Shown: positions 25,186-37,383, counted from the whole stretch's first letter. The stretch: DNA of 63,037 bases, filler included, from Octopus bimaculoides (GCF_001194135.2; 7 parts of 5 records of this genome joined end to end with filler, not necessarily neighbours in it), one strand, 5' to 3'. The notes: generated from the sequence alone by a model not told the origin. Numbers and translations are program-made.

Positions 25186-25400
25186 AAGGTGGCAAACTGA
25201 CAGAATCGTAAGCACGCAGGTCACAATGCTTAGTGACATTTTGTCCATCTTTACATTCTGAATTCAAATTTCACTGAGGCTGACTTTACCTTTCATCCCT
25301 TTGTGGTCATTAAGATAAGTATCAGTTGAGTACTGGGTTTGATGTAATCTATGTATCCTCTCCCCCGAAATTGCTAGCCTTGTACCAAATTTTGAAACCA
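25186..25400 (+). mobile_element. tRNA-derived SINE (family C)
   Basis: ggtggcaaactgacagaatcgtaagcacg...ttcaaatttcactgagg...ccttgtaccaaattttgaaacca. Copies at 32920, 33264, 48596, 49225 and 51560. Confidence 0.8.
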
Positions 25401-26174
25401 AAATTTTGATTCTAAATTAATGTTTAAGACCAGAACATTGTTGATATGATGTCAAGGTATCTTGGAATGGTCACTCTATTTCCATCTACAAGTTGTCATG
25501 TGATTTAAACATTGGGATGTCAGGAGAACATTCATTAAAAATATTCATTCAGTGTAAATGAACTGTTTAAATCAAAAAGGCTGATGGTGTCTTAGCATCA
25601 CTCACAAAGACCTTTGTCACCTGCTCACCAGTTATCTATCTAAAGCTATGTATGGCTATGGTACCTCTGAACTTAGAGCTTGCATCTCCTGTTTGTGAGC
25701 TCAAAATCTTAACCACATAGTTACATGCTTTCACACACACACACACATAAATATATATATGTGCATACACACACACACACACACATGTACATACATTTAT
25801 AAATGCATGCACATTTTCATATTCTTTTCTTGCTATAGGGTAAGAAGCTAGATTTTGCATAGAAACATGTTTCAGAAAAACACTCCTCCAAATTACCATC
25901 ACCATTTCCTGTTTTACACATCACCATACTCAAAGCCAGCGAAACTGCAATAATTGGATAAAAAATTTGATTGATTTCCACAAATCAAATGAAGGTGATG
26001 GATATAAATTATATTTTTGTTCTGCAAATATGATTATATAGCCATTTTATTGTGGATTTATTTAGTCATATACAAGCTGTTCAGGCCATGCTTATGGCTA
26101 AGTCTGTTTACATTCATACATTATGAGGAAGCAGTGTATGTGTATTGTTTCAGCACCATATATCCTTTCATAGT

Positions 26175-26537
26175 GGAGGCGCAATGGCCCAGTGGTTAGG
26201 GCAGCAGACTGGCGGTCATAGGATCGCGGTTTCGATTCCCAGACCGAGCGTTGTGAGTGTTTATTGAGCGAAAACACCTAAAGCTCCACGAGGCTCTGGC
26301 AGGGGATGGTTGCGAACCCTGCTGTACTCTTTCACCACAACTTTCTCTCACTCTTACTTCCTGTTTCTGTTGTGCCTGTAATTGAAAGGGTCAGCCTTGT
26401 CACACTGTGTCACGCTGAATATCCCTGAGAACTACGTTAAGGGTACACGTGTCTGTGGAGCAGGCTGTTCCGTTGATCGGATCAACTGGAACCCTCGACG
26501 TCGTAAGCGACGGAGTGCCAACACACACAACACACAA
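26175..26537 (+). mobile_element. tRNA-derived SINE (family D)
   Basis: A box tggcccagtggttagg, B box ggtttcgattccc. The 3' core gagaactacgttaagggtacacgtgtctgtggag is shared with 49815-50130. Confidence 0.85.
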
Positions 26538-26924
26538 CATTCTTACATATCAATACTTTAATATTTGTTTGGTTCTACAGGTGTGGAATCTGAATATAAA
26601 ATTAACAATGAGATATCGAAGTCTTTATTTAATATGATTGTTTTACTTTCACATTGTCCTTGTGTTAGTCATTGAGGTGAATACAAAACCCAGACAAATA
26701 TACAGCAACAATCGTAGTTTCACTTGTGAGTGTGAAAAGGAGAGACAGCATCCATAACTGTTTTATGGTATAGAATAGCTAAGTGCATAGAGATAGTTAT
26801 GTGTGGCTTGTACGATTAAACGTTCAATTTGAAATTTTTGGAAGGTGAAAGAAAATATGGGGTGGCGTTTTTAGAGGGTAGCAATTCAGGAAAAGACATG
26901 TTAAGTAGAGTGTTGTAGTTCAGG

Positions 26925-27587
26925 GGAAGACAAAAAAGTTAACAGAATCAATGACAGATGATTATGTGCAGACCCTTCTGAAGTTCCACATGTTATGCAT
27001 ACAAAATTTCCTGCAACTGTCATGGTTTTAGGGGTTGTCAGCAATGAAGGACATGTGATGCCTCCTTACTTCTTTTCAGAAGGCCTTAGAGTTAACACTG
27101 CCCCTTACATTGAGGTCCTGGAAATAATTGTTAAGTCCTGGATAGACAGTGTATGCAATGGAAGACTCTGCACTATCACACATGGCTTTAGTAACACAGG
27201 AATGGATGGCTGAAAACGTTCATGATCACATAACCCTTAACATTTGGCCTCATAATTCCCAAAATCTCAATTCATTGGATTATTACATGTGGAGCGTTGT
27301 TGAGAGAGAGGTCAATGAACACGCCCATAACACCAAAGATTCTTTGAAAGCTGCCATAGCCAGAGTAATGTCCAAAATGAACCAGGACCACTTGATTCGA
27401 GCATGTAGATGATTTAGATCTCATATAGAAGCAGTTGTTGAAGCTGAAGGTGGCTTTATTGAATAACATTATAGAAAAGAAGGTTTATTTTTATCCTCAC
27501 CATTTTTTGATAAATAAAGTTATTGTCTGTTATTATGTATCTGTATTTTTTTATAAACATAAACCTCTCCTCAAATGTCTTACCCTG
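26925..27587 (+). mobile_element. Tc1/mariner (maT/DD37D-like) transposase C-terminal remnant with right end
   Basis: MHTKFPATVMVLGVVSNEGHVMPPYFF...WPHNSQNLNSLDYYMWSVVERE...IEAVVEAEGGFIE*. The element ends ...ttaccctg. Confidence 0.85.
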
Positions 27588-27879
27588 TTTATATTTATGT
27601 ATTGTTTGCTCATTACCATTGGTTTAATGTTGAATTGTATCTAAATAATACACACACACACACACACACATGCCAAATAATACACACACACACATATACA
27701 TATACATGTATGCACATGCACACACGCACGGGCACACACACACAGAGACACACACACACATCATATTTTCTAATGATTTTTCAACAGCCAATGAGATCTC
27801 AGGCACTAATCATATTTTGATTTGTTTACAAATAATTTTGTTTATATACATTGATGGTGATGATCATGATGGTGACGAT

Positions 27880-27911
<32 letters not shown>

Positions 27912-28019
27912 ATTATTGTGCTACTTCGCTACTTCAGTTGTTTGAATAATTGATCAACAACACAGAACTCAGAGATACAATTACAGAGGCTGTACCTTCT
28001 AATAATATACATACTTACA

Positions 28020-28078
<59 letters not shown>

Positions 28079-28157
28079 NNNNNNNNNNNNNNNNNNNNNN
28101 NNNNNNNNNNNNNNNNNNNNNNNNNNNNNNNNNNNNNNNNNNNNNNNNNNNNNNNNN

Positions 28158-28199
<42 letters not shown>

Positions 28200-28209
28200 G
28201 AATCATTTG

Positions 28210-28474
28210 TAGAAATACATAAATCTGGAGAAGCACACTCTAAGATGTAGAGCAGTTAATATTATAGTGGGGTACGCTGGTTTATGGGGTTACCCTGGGT
28301 CTCTCTCTCATAAGGAGTTTAGCCTTACACCATATCTTCAGGCACCAAACACTAATGGCCTGAGACCTCTTTAAAATAGATTTTAAAGAGGTCTCAGGTT
28401 ACCAGTGTTTGAAGTCAGAAGATACACCGTAAGGCTAAACCCCTTATATGCAAGAAACTGGCCTGCCCCACTAT
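28210..28474. mobile_element. Foldback element (211-bp palindrome 28264-28474) plus a unique flank
   Basis: atagtgggg...ccccactat termini and a perfect 19-bp central arm pair cctgagacctctttaaaat-ag-attttaaagaggtctcagg. A partial homologue is at 52461-52606. Confidence 0.85.
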
Positions 28475-28498
28475 GATATATATGTACATATATATTTA

Positions 28499-28708
28499 CA
28501 GTAGAACCTCGGTTTTCAAACAACTCTGATCAAGAATAAATTGTACTTTATTTCCTGTCTTTCTCATATTCATTTAATACAGTAGTACCTCAGTTTAAGA
28601 ACACCTCTGATCACGAATAAATCGTGCTTTATATATATCTATATTATCTATATATATAAAGCACGATTTATTCGCTATCAGAGTTGTTTGAAAACCAAGG
28701 TACTACTG
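28499..28708. mobile_element. pogo/Tigger-like palindromic MITE (28580-28708) with an extra TIR copy at 28499
   Basis: TA-cagtagtacctcagttt...aaaccaaggtactactg-TA, with arms extending to cgaataaatcgtgcttta. Confidence 0.8.
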
Positions 28709-28807
28709 TATATTTAACATCCAACATATATTTTTATTTTTATTCTCATACTTCCTATATCTCTCCCTTTCCAAAATAACTTCTTATACTGAACTCTAAT
28801 ATTTCCT

Positions 28808-28851
28808 TCTATGATGATGGGATATCGTTTATCCCTGAAACAGCTGTAAGA
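28808..28851 (+). ncRNA. Penelope-type minimal hammerhead-like motif (variant core)
   Basis: tct ATGATGA T GGGATA tcgtt TATCCC T GAAAC AGCT GTA aga. Confidence 0.45.
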
Positions 28852-28969
28852 CTATCATTCTCTTTATAAATGTCCTAGAAATTTCACACTGCTTTGGCTT
28901 TGTTATCACATTTTATTTTACATATACATGCTCACACATGACTCATGTTAGAATCCTCGCTCATACTAT

Positions 28970-29192
28970 TATCGAACCAGGAGTCTAACAATGGTACTTC
29001 CACAGCACTTACATAGCCTTGAAGGAAAATGTTCTCTATGTGGCTTGTGTGTTTTCTGTACTCTGGTTATTATTATTTTCTTGTCTACGTTTTGTTTGCC
29101 ATGTCCTGTACCCAGATATGCACCTATATATACAGGTAGACGTAGGTATGCACATACCTGTACGTATATATGCATATACTCATTTATTATTT
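28970..29192 (+). mobile_element. Penelope-terminal-like repeat, homologous to 58855-59060 (opposite strand)
   Basis: Shared atgttctctatgtggct...gtcctgtacccagatatgcacctata...gcacatacctgtacgtatatatgcatatactcattta. Confidence 0.7.
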
Positions 29193-29309
29193 GNNNNNNN
29201 NNNAGAAGGAATAGACAAAATCCAAACCACTATAGTCTATTGACTAATTTTTCTACATGCTAGGCCACTGGTAGTAAAAATTTCTAAAATTTTTATTACC
29301 CTGATAATA

Positions 29310-29359
<50 letters not shown>

Positions 29360-29889
29360 TACACACATATGTATGTATACACATGCACACACACATATAA
29401 ACATGTAAATATATACATATATCTGCAACACAAAGTATGGGTAGGCAACATAAAGCAGTGTCTCTCCAGACTAAAACTATAAATATTAATAATATAAATA
29501 TTAATTATTAATCTGGAAAAAAAAATGATTTCCAGTTCATTGTATGCATGTTAATTTAATGAAAGGAATTCAGTGTGTAATTCAATAAATGATTACTCTA
29601 TTGATGTGAGACAGACACAATTTCCATAGCCTTTCAAGTTCAGTGTATAAAACTACATGTACAGCGTATTAAATCCATATGCTGTGATTTCATCTCCAGG
29701 ATGAATGAAATGTAAGTGTGTGGAAAGCAGAAATTACTCTGCTTTCTTTCTGTATCAATACAGTATGATCAGTGTATGTGAGTGTGTAGTTATATTGAAA
29801 TAATGATTGCATGTATGTGTGTGTGTTACATTGAAAGGTTGAGCGGGTTGGGGATGCATACAAACCACTGAGCATATTTATTCCTACTG

Positions 29890-29921
<32 letters not shown>

Positions 29922-29936
29922 ATATAATATAATATA

Positions 29937-30187
29937 GGATAAATTCTTTATAAGAATTTATCAAGTAGTCAGCGTGAAAAAACCTCATAATGAAAAAATA
30001 ACGAAAAATTTCGTAATGAAAAAATTCATCGTTTCTTCATAGATATATTTAATTATATATAAAGGGCATTAACTGTGTATTAATGCCTCACGCTATCGAG
30101 GGACTAAATAAGTAAAAAAACTACCAAAAATAAGCAACATATTTACCGAAAGCGACTACTTGATAAATTCTTATAAAGAATTTATCC
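29937..30187. mobile_element. MITE with perfect TIRs that each contain an internal hairpin
   Basis: TA-ggataaattctttataagaatttatcaagtagtc ... gactacttgataaattcttataaagaatttatcc-TA. Confidence 0.88.
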
Positions 30188-30835
30188 TATATATATTATA
30201 AATAATTAGAATATATTCAGTGCTGAATATCATTCTGTATAAGCACATGTTACCGAGATGCAACTGGATAAATTCAAATCTCTTTCAGGGATATATAATT
30301 GTGAACAAAAGTCATCGTTACTGTGATGGCTACATCGTGGTAGGTTGATTCTTGTTTATTTTTATATATCTTGACCATACGTGTACTGATGAACAAAAGA
30401 ATACAGGTTACTTCACAGTTTTTTCTGTATTTGATTGAGAAACCAGTGGTCTACCGTTGAGTTAAATGTTTTTAAGAGATAAATTTTGAAAAGCTGCATT
30501 CCCTCGCTTTTGGTAAATATGTTGCTTATNNNNNNNNNNNNNNNNNNNNNNNNNNNNNNNNNNNNNNNNNNNNNNNNNNNNNNNNNNNNNNNNNNNNNNN
30601 NNNNNNNNNNNNNNNNNNNNNNNNNNNNNNNNNNNNNNNNNNNNNNNNNNNNNNNNNNNNNNNNNNNNNNNNNNNNNNNNNNNNNNNNNNNNNNNNNNNN
30701 NNNNNNNNNNNNNNNNNNNNNNNNNNNNNNNNNNNNNNNNNNNNNNNNNNNNNNNNNNNNNNNNNNNNNNNNNNNNNNNNNNNNNNNNNNNNNNNNNNNN
30801 NNNNNNNNNNNNTATATATATATATATATATATAT

Positions 30836-31296
30836 ATGGTCATCCTGGCTGAAGAAAGTTGCTGCTCGAAGGCCATATGTATGGCAGCAGGATTCGGCTC
30901 CTTGCCATACCTCCAGAAAGAGTCAAAAGTGGTGGCTGGAGAATTTCTACAAATTCACCAGCCCCAATTTCTGGCCTTTTAATTCCCCCAATTTTAATCT
31001 CATAATTTACTGTGTGTAGGGAGCAGTTGAGAAAGGCACCAACAACACCAAGCTGGTGGCCAAGATCAAGGAGGTGTTCAAAGATCTTCCCATGGACACA
31101 GTGAAAAATGCATGCATCAAGTTTCAGACCCATCTTCAGACTATGGTGGAAGCTGAGGGTGACTGTTTTGAGTATCCTGTTATCTCCCAGCCATAGTTGC
31201 TATTCTGGATTTTTTTAAATACTTTTATTTTTGTATGAGATATTTTGTTTTCTTTTCCTATTTATGCAAACTGTTAAATTTATCTCGAACACACTG
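30836..31296 (+). mobile_element. Second maT/DD37D-like transposase remnant (different subfamily)
   Basis: RPYVWQQDSAPCHTSRKSQKW...FWPFNSPNFN...MVEAEGDCFE. The element ends cacactg-TA. Confidence 0.8.
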
Positions 31297-31784
31297 TATA
31301 TACATATGTATGTATGCACATATGCATGTAGTTATGTACATATGTATGTATGTATGTATGTATATATGCATATATGTATGCATGTATGTATGTATGTATG
31401 TATGTATGTATGTTTGCATGTATGTATGTACATATGCATGTAGTTATGTATGTATGTATGTATGGATGTATGTATGTATGTACATACACATTTCATTTCT
31501 TTCTTTCCACACATTCTCCGCATTCAGTGCCCATGTATTGCTACCATGCAATATGTAGTTTCACTAAGAAGAAGCCAGCAGTGGTGCAAATCTGAACTAA
31601 ATCCCATTTAAGCTAATTCTCTTCCTAATTGTTCCAGTGTACTGCACCATCTTCCATTACTAAGGGCATATTGGTCAATGTAGTTATAGATACACAAAAC
31701 AAGTTATTTATGGCAACAACAACAACAACTGATAATCATTTAATATCAGCATATCCTATATATTTAACCATTTATAATGGTATG

Positions 31785-32240
31785 GGTGCCTGGTTAAGAA
31801 GGTCACTTCCAAACCATATGGTTTGTGTTCAATCCTGCTGTATGACATAATGGGCAGATGTCTTCTACTACAGGCCCTGGCCAACCAAACTAGCCAAAGT
31901 ATTGTAAGTTTATGTGGTAGGCAGAACCTGATTGAATACCATCATATATACATATTTAATGTGTGTGTGTGTCACGGGTTATGTGCTTGTATGTGTTCGT
32001 AGTTCCTTGTTTTGATATTGCAGGATAATTGTAAACAAACATCATTGTTGTACAAGCAGTGTAATTCCTTTCCAGTATTCCATGAAAAACATCTAGTAAT
32101 GAGGAAATATAAGCTTACTTGGAAGCAGGTGAGGGTTGGTGACAGGAAGGTCATCCAGCCATTGAAAATCTACCTCAATGAATTTCATCTGATCCATGCA
32201 AGCATGGAAAAGTAGACATTGAAGTGATGGAAAGGATGAC
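31785..32240 (+). mobile_element. Diverged composite SINE: tRNA head, microsatellite, tail B
   Basis: The head is homologous to 38323, and the tail ends aggaaggtcatccagcc...gcatggaaaagtagacattgaagtgatg. Confidence 0.6.
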
Positions 32241-32430
32241 ATTTGAGGAAGATTTGACTGCAATAACTTACGAGTCAAGCAACTAAAGAGCGGCTTTTTT
32301 GTTAGCATATGTTCCCTCACTAAACATGTACACACACAAACAGCCACGATATTAACAGCCTCGTGATTGCATGTTAGCATGCATACATGCTGGTATGTAT
32401 GTATGTATGTATGTATGTATGTATGTATGT

Positions 32431-32715
32431 TATTCTGATTATATGTCTGTGCACACGTTTGAATGTGGTGTGTGCCAGAGGGCTTGCAAATCCAATGGGG
32501 GTCTTAAAAGACATGTTAGGATTCACAATGAGCAGAACTTACCTGCAGCTATTGGTAGTACAAATCAGAGGTACAATCTGTGTGGGTGTTTTTTCAAAAC
32601 ATTGTCTGGTTTAAAAAGTCACATCAGACACCATGAAAGGGCTAAGGTGTATGTGCAGGAGGTAGTCAAACTCTGTGTAAGGAGTAGACAACCACCACCA
32701 TGTATGTATGTAAGT
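32431..32715 (+). mobile_element. Probable RTE-type LINE 3' end with two C2H2-like fingers
   Basis: FECGVCQRACKSNGGLKRHVRIH...RYNLCGCFFKTLSGLKSHIRHH, embedded in (TATG)n. The finger style resembles the RTE end at about 6650. Confidence 0.55.
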
Positions 32716-32919
32716 ATAATAAAATAATGATGAGCTTATTGTATACAGTGCATAGGTGCACCACAACTTGTTGGAAAAGGGTAAAAGAGGGGACTGGAAC
32801 AAGTTGCATAAAGAAAGATGGCAAGAAAAAACAAAAGTACATGTGCAACCATTTACACTCATAAGAAAATTGATTGGTGAACACTTCTGACCTTTGATTT
32901 ATAGAACTAAAACATAGAC

Positions 32920-33115
32920 AGCATATTAGTTTCAAAATTTTGGCATGAGGTTGATTACATCGACCCCAGTGTTCAACTGGTACTTATATCATCAACCCTG
33001 AAAAGATGAAAAACAAAGTTAACCCTGGTAGACTATGAACTCAGAACATGAAGATGGACAAAATACCACTTAGCATTTAGTGTGCATGCTAATGATTCTG
33101 CCAGCTTGCCACCTA
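32920..33115 (-). mobile_element. SINE family C
   Basis: Reverse complement of the 25186 family (gattacatcgaccccagtgttcaactggtac...ctgccagcttgccacc). Confidence 0.75.
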
Positions 33116-33161
33116 AAACACAGATAACATTGAAAATTGTTACAGTCTAGGTCAGAATTAA

Positions 33162-33702
33162 CCCTTTTGTTATAATATTTCTGTTGAAATATACTACCTT
33201 TATTTCAATTTATTCAGAAAATATCGAAGAATTTATTGAAATAACTGTCATTATTAAGCTGATTTTAAGATGGTGAGCTGGCAGAATCACTAGTACACTG
33301 GGCAAAATGCTTAGCAGCATTTCATTCATTTTTACATTCTGAGTTCAAATTCCACCAAGATTGACTTTGCCTTTTATCTTTTTGGGGTCAATTGATTAGT
33401 TGTCTCCCACAAATTTCAGGCCATGCGTCTATAGTAGAAAGGATTTTTAAACTAATTTTCACTGAGGTTGACTTTACCTTTCATCCTTTTGTAATTTGAT
33501 AAATTAGGTACTAGTTGGGCACTGGGATCAATGTAATAGACTCCCAGCTACTGAACTTGCTGGCCTTGTGCCAAAATTTGAAACCATTATTAAGCTGATG
33601 TGTGGAGTATAAATCAACCTGTAATTTTGTTAGGTTTTAATTTAGATCACTTTAAAATAGGAACTGTGTATCATAGAGCCAGGCAGGCTGGTATCAAAAG
33701 GG
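33162..33702 (+). mobile_element. piggyBac-like MITE (family 2) carrying a nested family C SINE dimer (33264-33584)
   Basis: TTAA-cccttttg...caaaaggg-TTAA. The insert is flanked by the direct repeat cattattaagctgat (33249-33263, 33585-33599). Confidence 0.82.
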
Positions 33703-33859
33703 TTAAGCAGTAAATTAACTTCTCATCAATTCACAATTTTGATAGAACATCTGATCTACTAAAACTGGCGTCTGCATAAGTAACATGCACACACACAAAA
33801 AAAGCCTAAAAAGTCTAAAAAACAGAAAAATTTTTTAAAACCTCCCTATTCATATTCAC

Positions 33860-34378
33860 AGAGGCATGTGGCCCAGTGGTTAGGGTGTTGGACTCATGAT
33901 CGTAAAATTGTGGTTTCAATTCCTGGACCAGGTGACATGTGTTTTTGAGCAAAACAATTCATTTCACATTGATTCAGTCCACTCAGCTGGCAAAGATGAT
34001 TAATCCTGCGACAGACCAGCATCCCATTCAGGTGGGGAATATATACATCATGAAACCAGGAAACCAGCCCTTGAGTGTCAGCATGACTCAAGAAGGTAAC
34101 TTTACCTTTACTTTTCTAGGGTGTTATACTCATGATCATAAGAACATGGTTTCAGTTCCAAGACTGGGCAGTGCATTGTGTTCTTAATGAAAACACTTCA
34201 TTTCATGGTGTTCCATTTCCCTCAGCTGTAAATGAGTTCCAGCAATGACTGGGAAAATTTACCCTGTGGGAGATTGGTGTCTTATTCAGGGAGGGAGTGT
34301 TGTTATCCCAGTCACTTACACTCTATGGAAACTGGGCTAAACTCCAGTGTTATGGGCGCTAGGGCTCATAACAGACCT
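33860..34378 (+). mobile_element. Two adjacent diverged tRNA-derived SINEs
   Basis: tggcccagtggttagggtgttggactcatgatcg...ttcaattcctgg...ttgagcaaaacaattcatttcacattg, then a second decayed head near 34112. Confidence 0.65.
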
Positions 34379-35453
34379 AAATAAGTCTCATACACATATA
34401 TGCATAGAGCTTACATGTATGATAATAAGGTTATAAGATAGCAAGATGATGTAAAAGTGATTGGATTAACAGACCACAAGTGCAATGAGCTAAATCCCAG
34501 CTTAGTAAAAGGCGAGATTTCATTCATTTCAGGTTTTTATTTACAATAGTGCAGCTTAGAGTAGCATAAATCAATAGATAGGAATTGTATGTTGAGTGAC
34601 AACAAGGGTTGGGTGGTGAATGTGGTGTTTGTGTCTGCATGTGGATATGTGTGTATATAAGGTAGCACATTATATGTGCATGTATGTGTGCGTGTGATGT
34701 GTGTGAGTGTGCCAGTATATGCAAGTATGTGTTTGAATATGTGTGTGTGCCAACATATGCATAGCTGTGAGTGTGTGTGTGAGTGCAAAAAGATGAGAAT
34801 TGCATGTATGATGTCTAGGAATAAAATGTGTATATGTGTACCACCATATGCATGTGTGAGTATGTGTATGTATATATATACACACATAAATGCACAAAAA
34901 ATTATATACATATATATAAAAGTAAAGAGGGAAGTGAAAAGGAGGTTAGGGTGCTGTGAGGAAGGAAAGAGAAAAGGAAAAGATGTTGAGAGTGAGAGAG
35001 AGAAGATGAGATAGAAAAAGAAAGAAATGTAAAAGTAGTTAAAGAGAGGGAGTGAGAGAGAGAGATGGAGAAAGGTTCAAACCAAAAGTGTGTATGCGAC
35101 CAGTATGGGTGGGTGTGTCAAACATGCCCCTCCTACCAGTCAAAGAAGAAGATCACATAATACAAGGGTGGAACTGTTTGTGTCGGTGAGGTAGTGGTTT
35201 GTAATCATGGAATAGAGATAGGGAAGTGAACTGTGAAGTATAGATAAAAGAATATAATTCTGTGTGTATGTGTGTGTGTATATGTGTGTGTGAATGTGTG
35301 AGTGCGTCTGTGTGTTTGTGAAAGAAAGATAGAGACGACGACAAGAATGTTGTGAGGGATTGTGGGAAGGTTGAGCAAAAGGGTTATGTAGAAGAGTGGT
35401 AGTGGTGGTGGTTGTAGTAACAGTGAGAGAGAAAGACAGTGAGAGAGAAAGAC

Positions 35454-35491
<38 letters not shown>

Positions 35492-35605
35492 CAGTCAATG
35501 TAAACATCACCAGTGTCTTTACTAGATGTAGTAAAAGTACATACCTGTCATTTCTACTTGTATATCAAACATACACATGTACACACTCATTTACCTTGGT
35601 CTTTG

Positions 35606-35652
<47 letters not shown>

Positions 35653-36141
35653 TTACATATACACACATGTCTAGACAAACACACATAGATATACATATAT
35701 ACACTCTTATTTTGAGCAGAAAGATAATTAACTTTTAAGCACATATACATACCTAGCTTAGAGTCTCTTTCTTTCTCTCTTACGCTCTTCTCTCTTTCTC
35801 ACCCTCTGTTTCTCTCTCTCTCTCTCTTTCTCACATACAAATATAAAACCCATAGAAACACATGCATACATACACATACATACATTCATACACACATACA
35901 TGCATACAAACTAGTCATAGCTAGACATGGTTCATGGTAATATACATATTTACACACTAAATCACAAGCAATACACACTAATACGAAGTACATACTTACA
36001 CACACACACACACACTGATACCAACACAAACAGCTTACACATTTAGTAACACACATAAACACATATGCATACCCTTGTACATACAAACATATGAACACAC
36101 ATATGTATACATGCAAATAGGTAGCTACTAAGTCATAGAAC

Positions 36142-36189
<48 letters not shown>

Positions 36190-37281
36190 ATGCATACGTA
36201 CATACATACATACATACATATATNNNNNNNNNNNNNNNNNNNNNNNNNNNNNNNNNNNNNNNNNNNNNNNNNNNNNNNNNNNNNNNNNNNNNNNNNNNNN
36301 NNNNNNNNNNNNNNNNNNNNNNNNNNNNNNNNNNNNNNNNNNNNNNNNNNNNNNNNNNNNNNTATATATATGCATACATATATATCTATGTATGTATGTA
36401 TAATATACACACACACACACACACTCACACACACATATATATATATATACGCATAGTAAGCAATACTTACAGACAGTGCCCTGGAGCTAAATGAAAACAA
36501 AACATAGCAAAAACACGCATGCACACACATACATACACATACACATATACACTTACTGACACACACATACACACAGACACATGCACACATCCACATTGAG
36601 ATTTTCACATATGAGCGAACAATAATACAAACAGAAATATCAACAGAGCTAACAACACACCCCAAACTATATATGCAAGCATATATGCAGACAGACCTAC
36701 ACATACAAATATATACCAAATGCTTATATATCATACATAGACACTCACATAGATACAGGGAGCCACATAGTAAAACAGACACACACACACACACACATAC
36801 AGTAATATACTAAAACACCCAAATACAGTGACATACCACATACCAAAACACACACATACTCATGCAGATATGTATAATGACATACAAAAACACATACATA
36901 CAAACATAGATGTATTATAATCACATGCAAAACACACATACATGCACTGACATACACAGTAACAGTAAAACCTCACACATACGTAGACATATTGATGCTT
37001 ACAAAAACATTCAAATACACACATTAACAGTTAAATACACACACACGTAAAAGCAAACACACATATGGACACAAATGGTCACATAATGTAACACATACAT
37101 AGATATACAAATGCACATATAAATTGACGAGGTGGGGTGGAGGAGGAAAAGTGGAATAATGGAAGAAAGAAGCAATTATCACCTGTAGTGTTCCTGTCCA
37201 CCCCACCTCCTGCTACTGTCACCTCTCTCTCTCTAAAAGCTCTGCAATAATAACACTGCCATTTCTGAGACTATCTCCATG

Positions 37282-37297
37282 CTATATTGCACCTTGT

Positions 37298-37381
<84 letters not shown>
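37282..37381. repeat. Long (TG)n microsatellite
   Basis: Uninterrupted TG run starting near 37302. Confidence 0.85.

Positions 37382-37383
<2 letters not shown>

Noticed and set aside
26175-26250. tRNA genes (also 38323, 45500, 49815)
   Set aside because: A/B-box heads run into multi-copy SINE bodies and I see no complete cloverleaf.
26444-26452. CACGTG E-boxes scattered through the window
   Set aside because: Most lie in SINE cores or CA/TG repeats, with no clustering.
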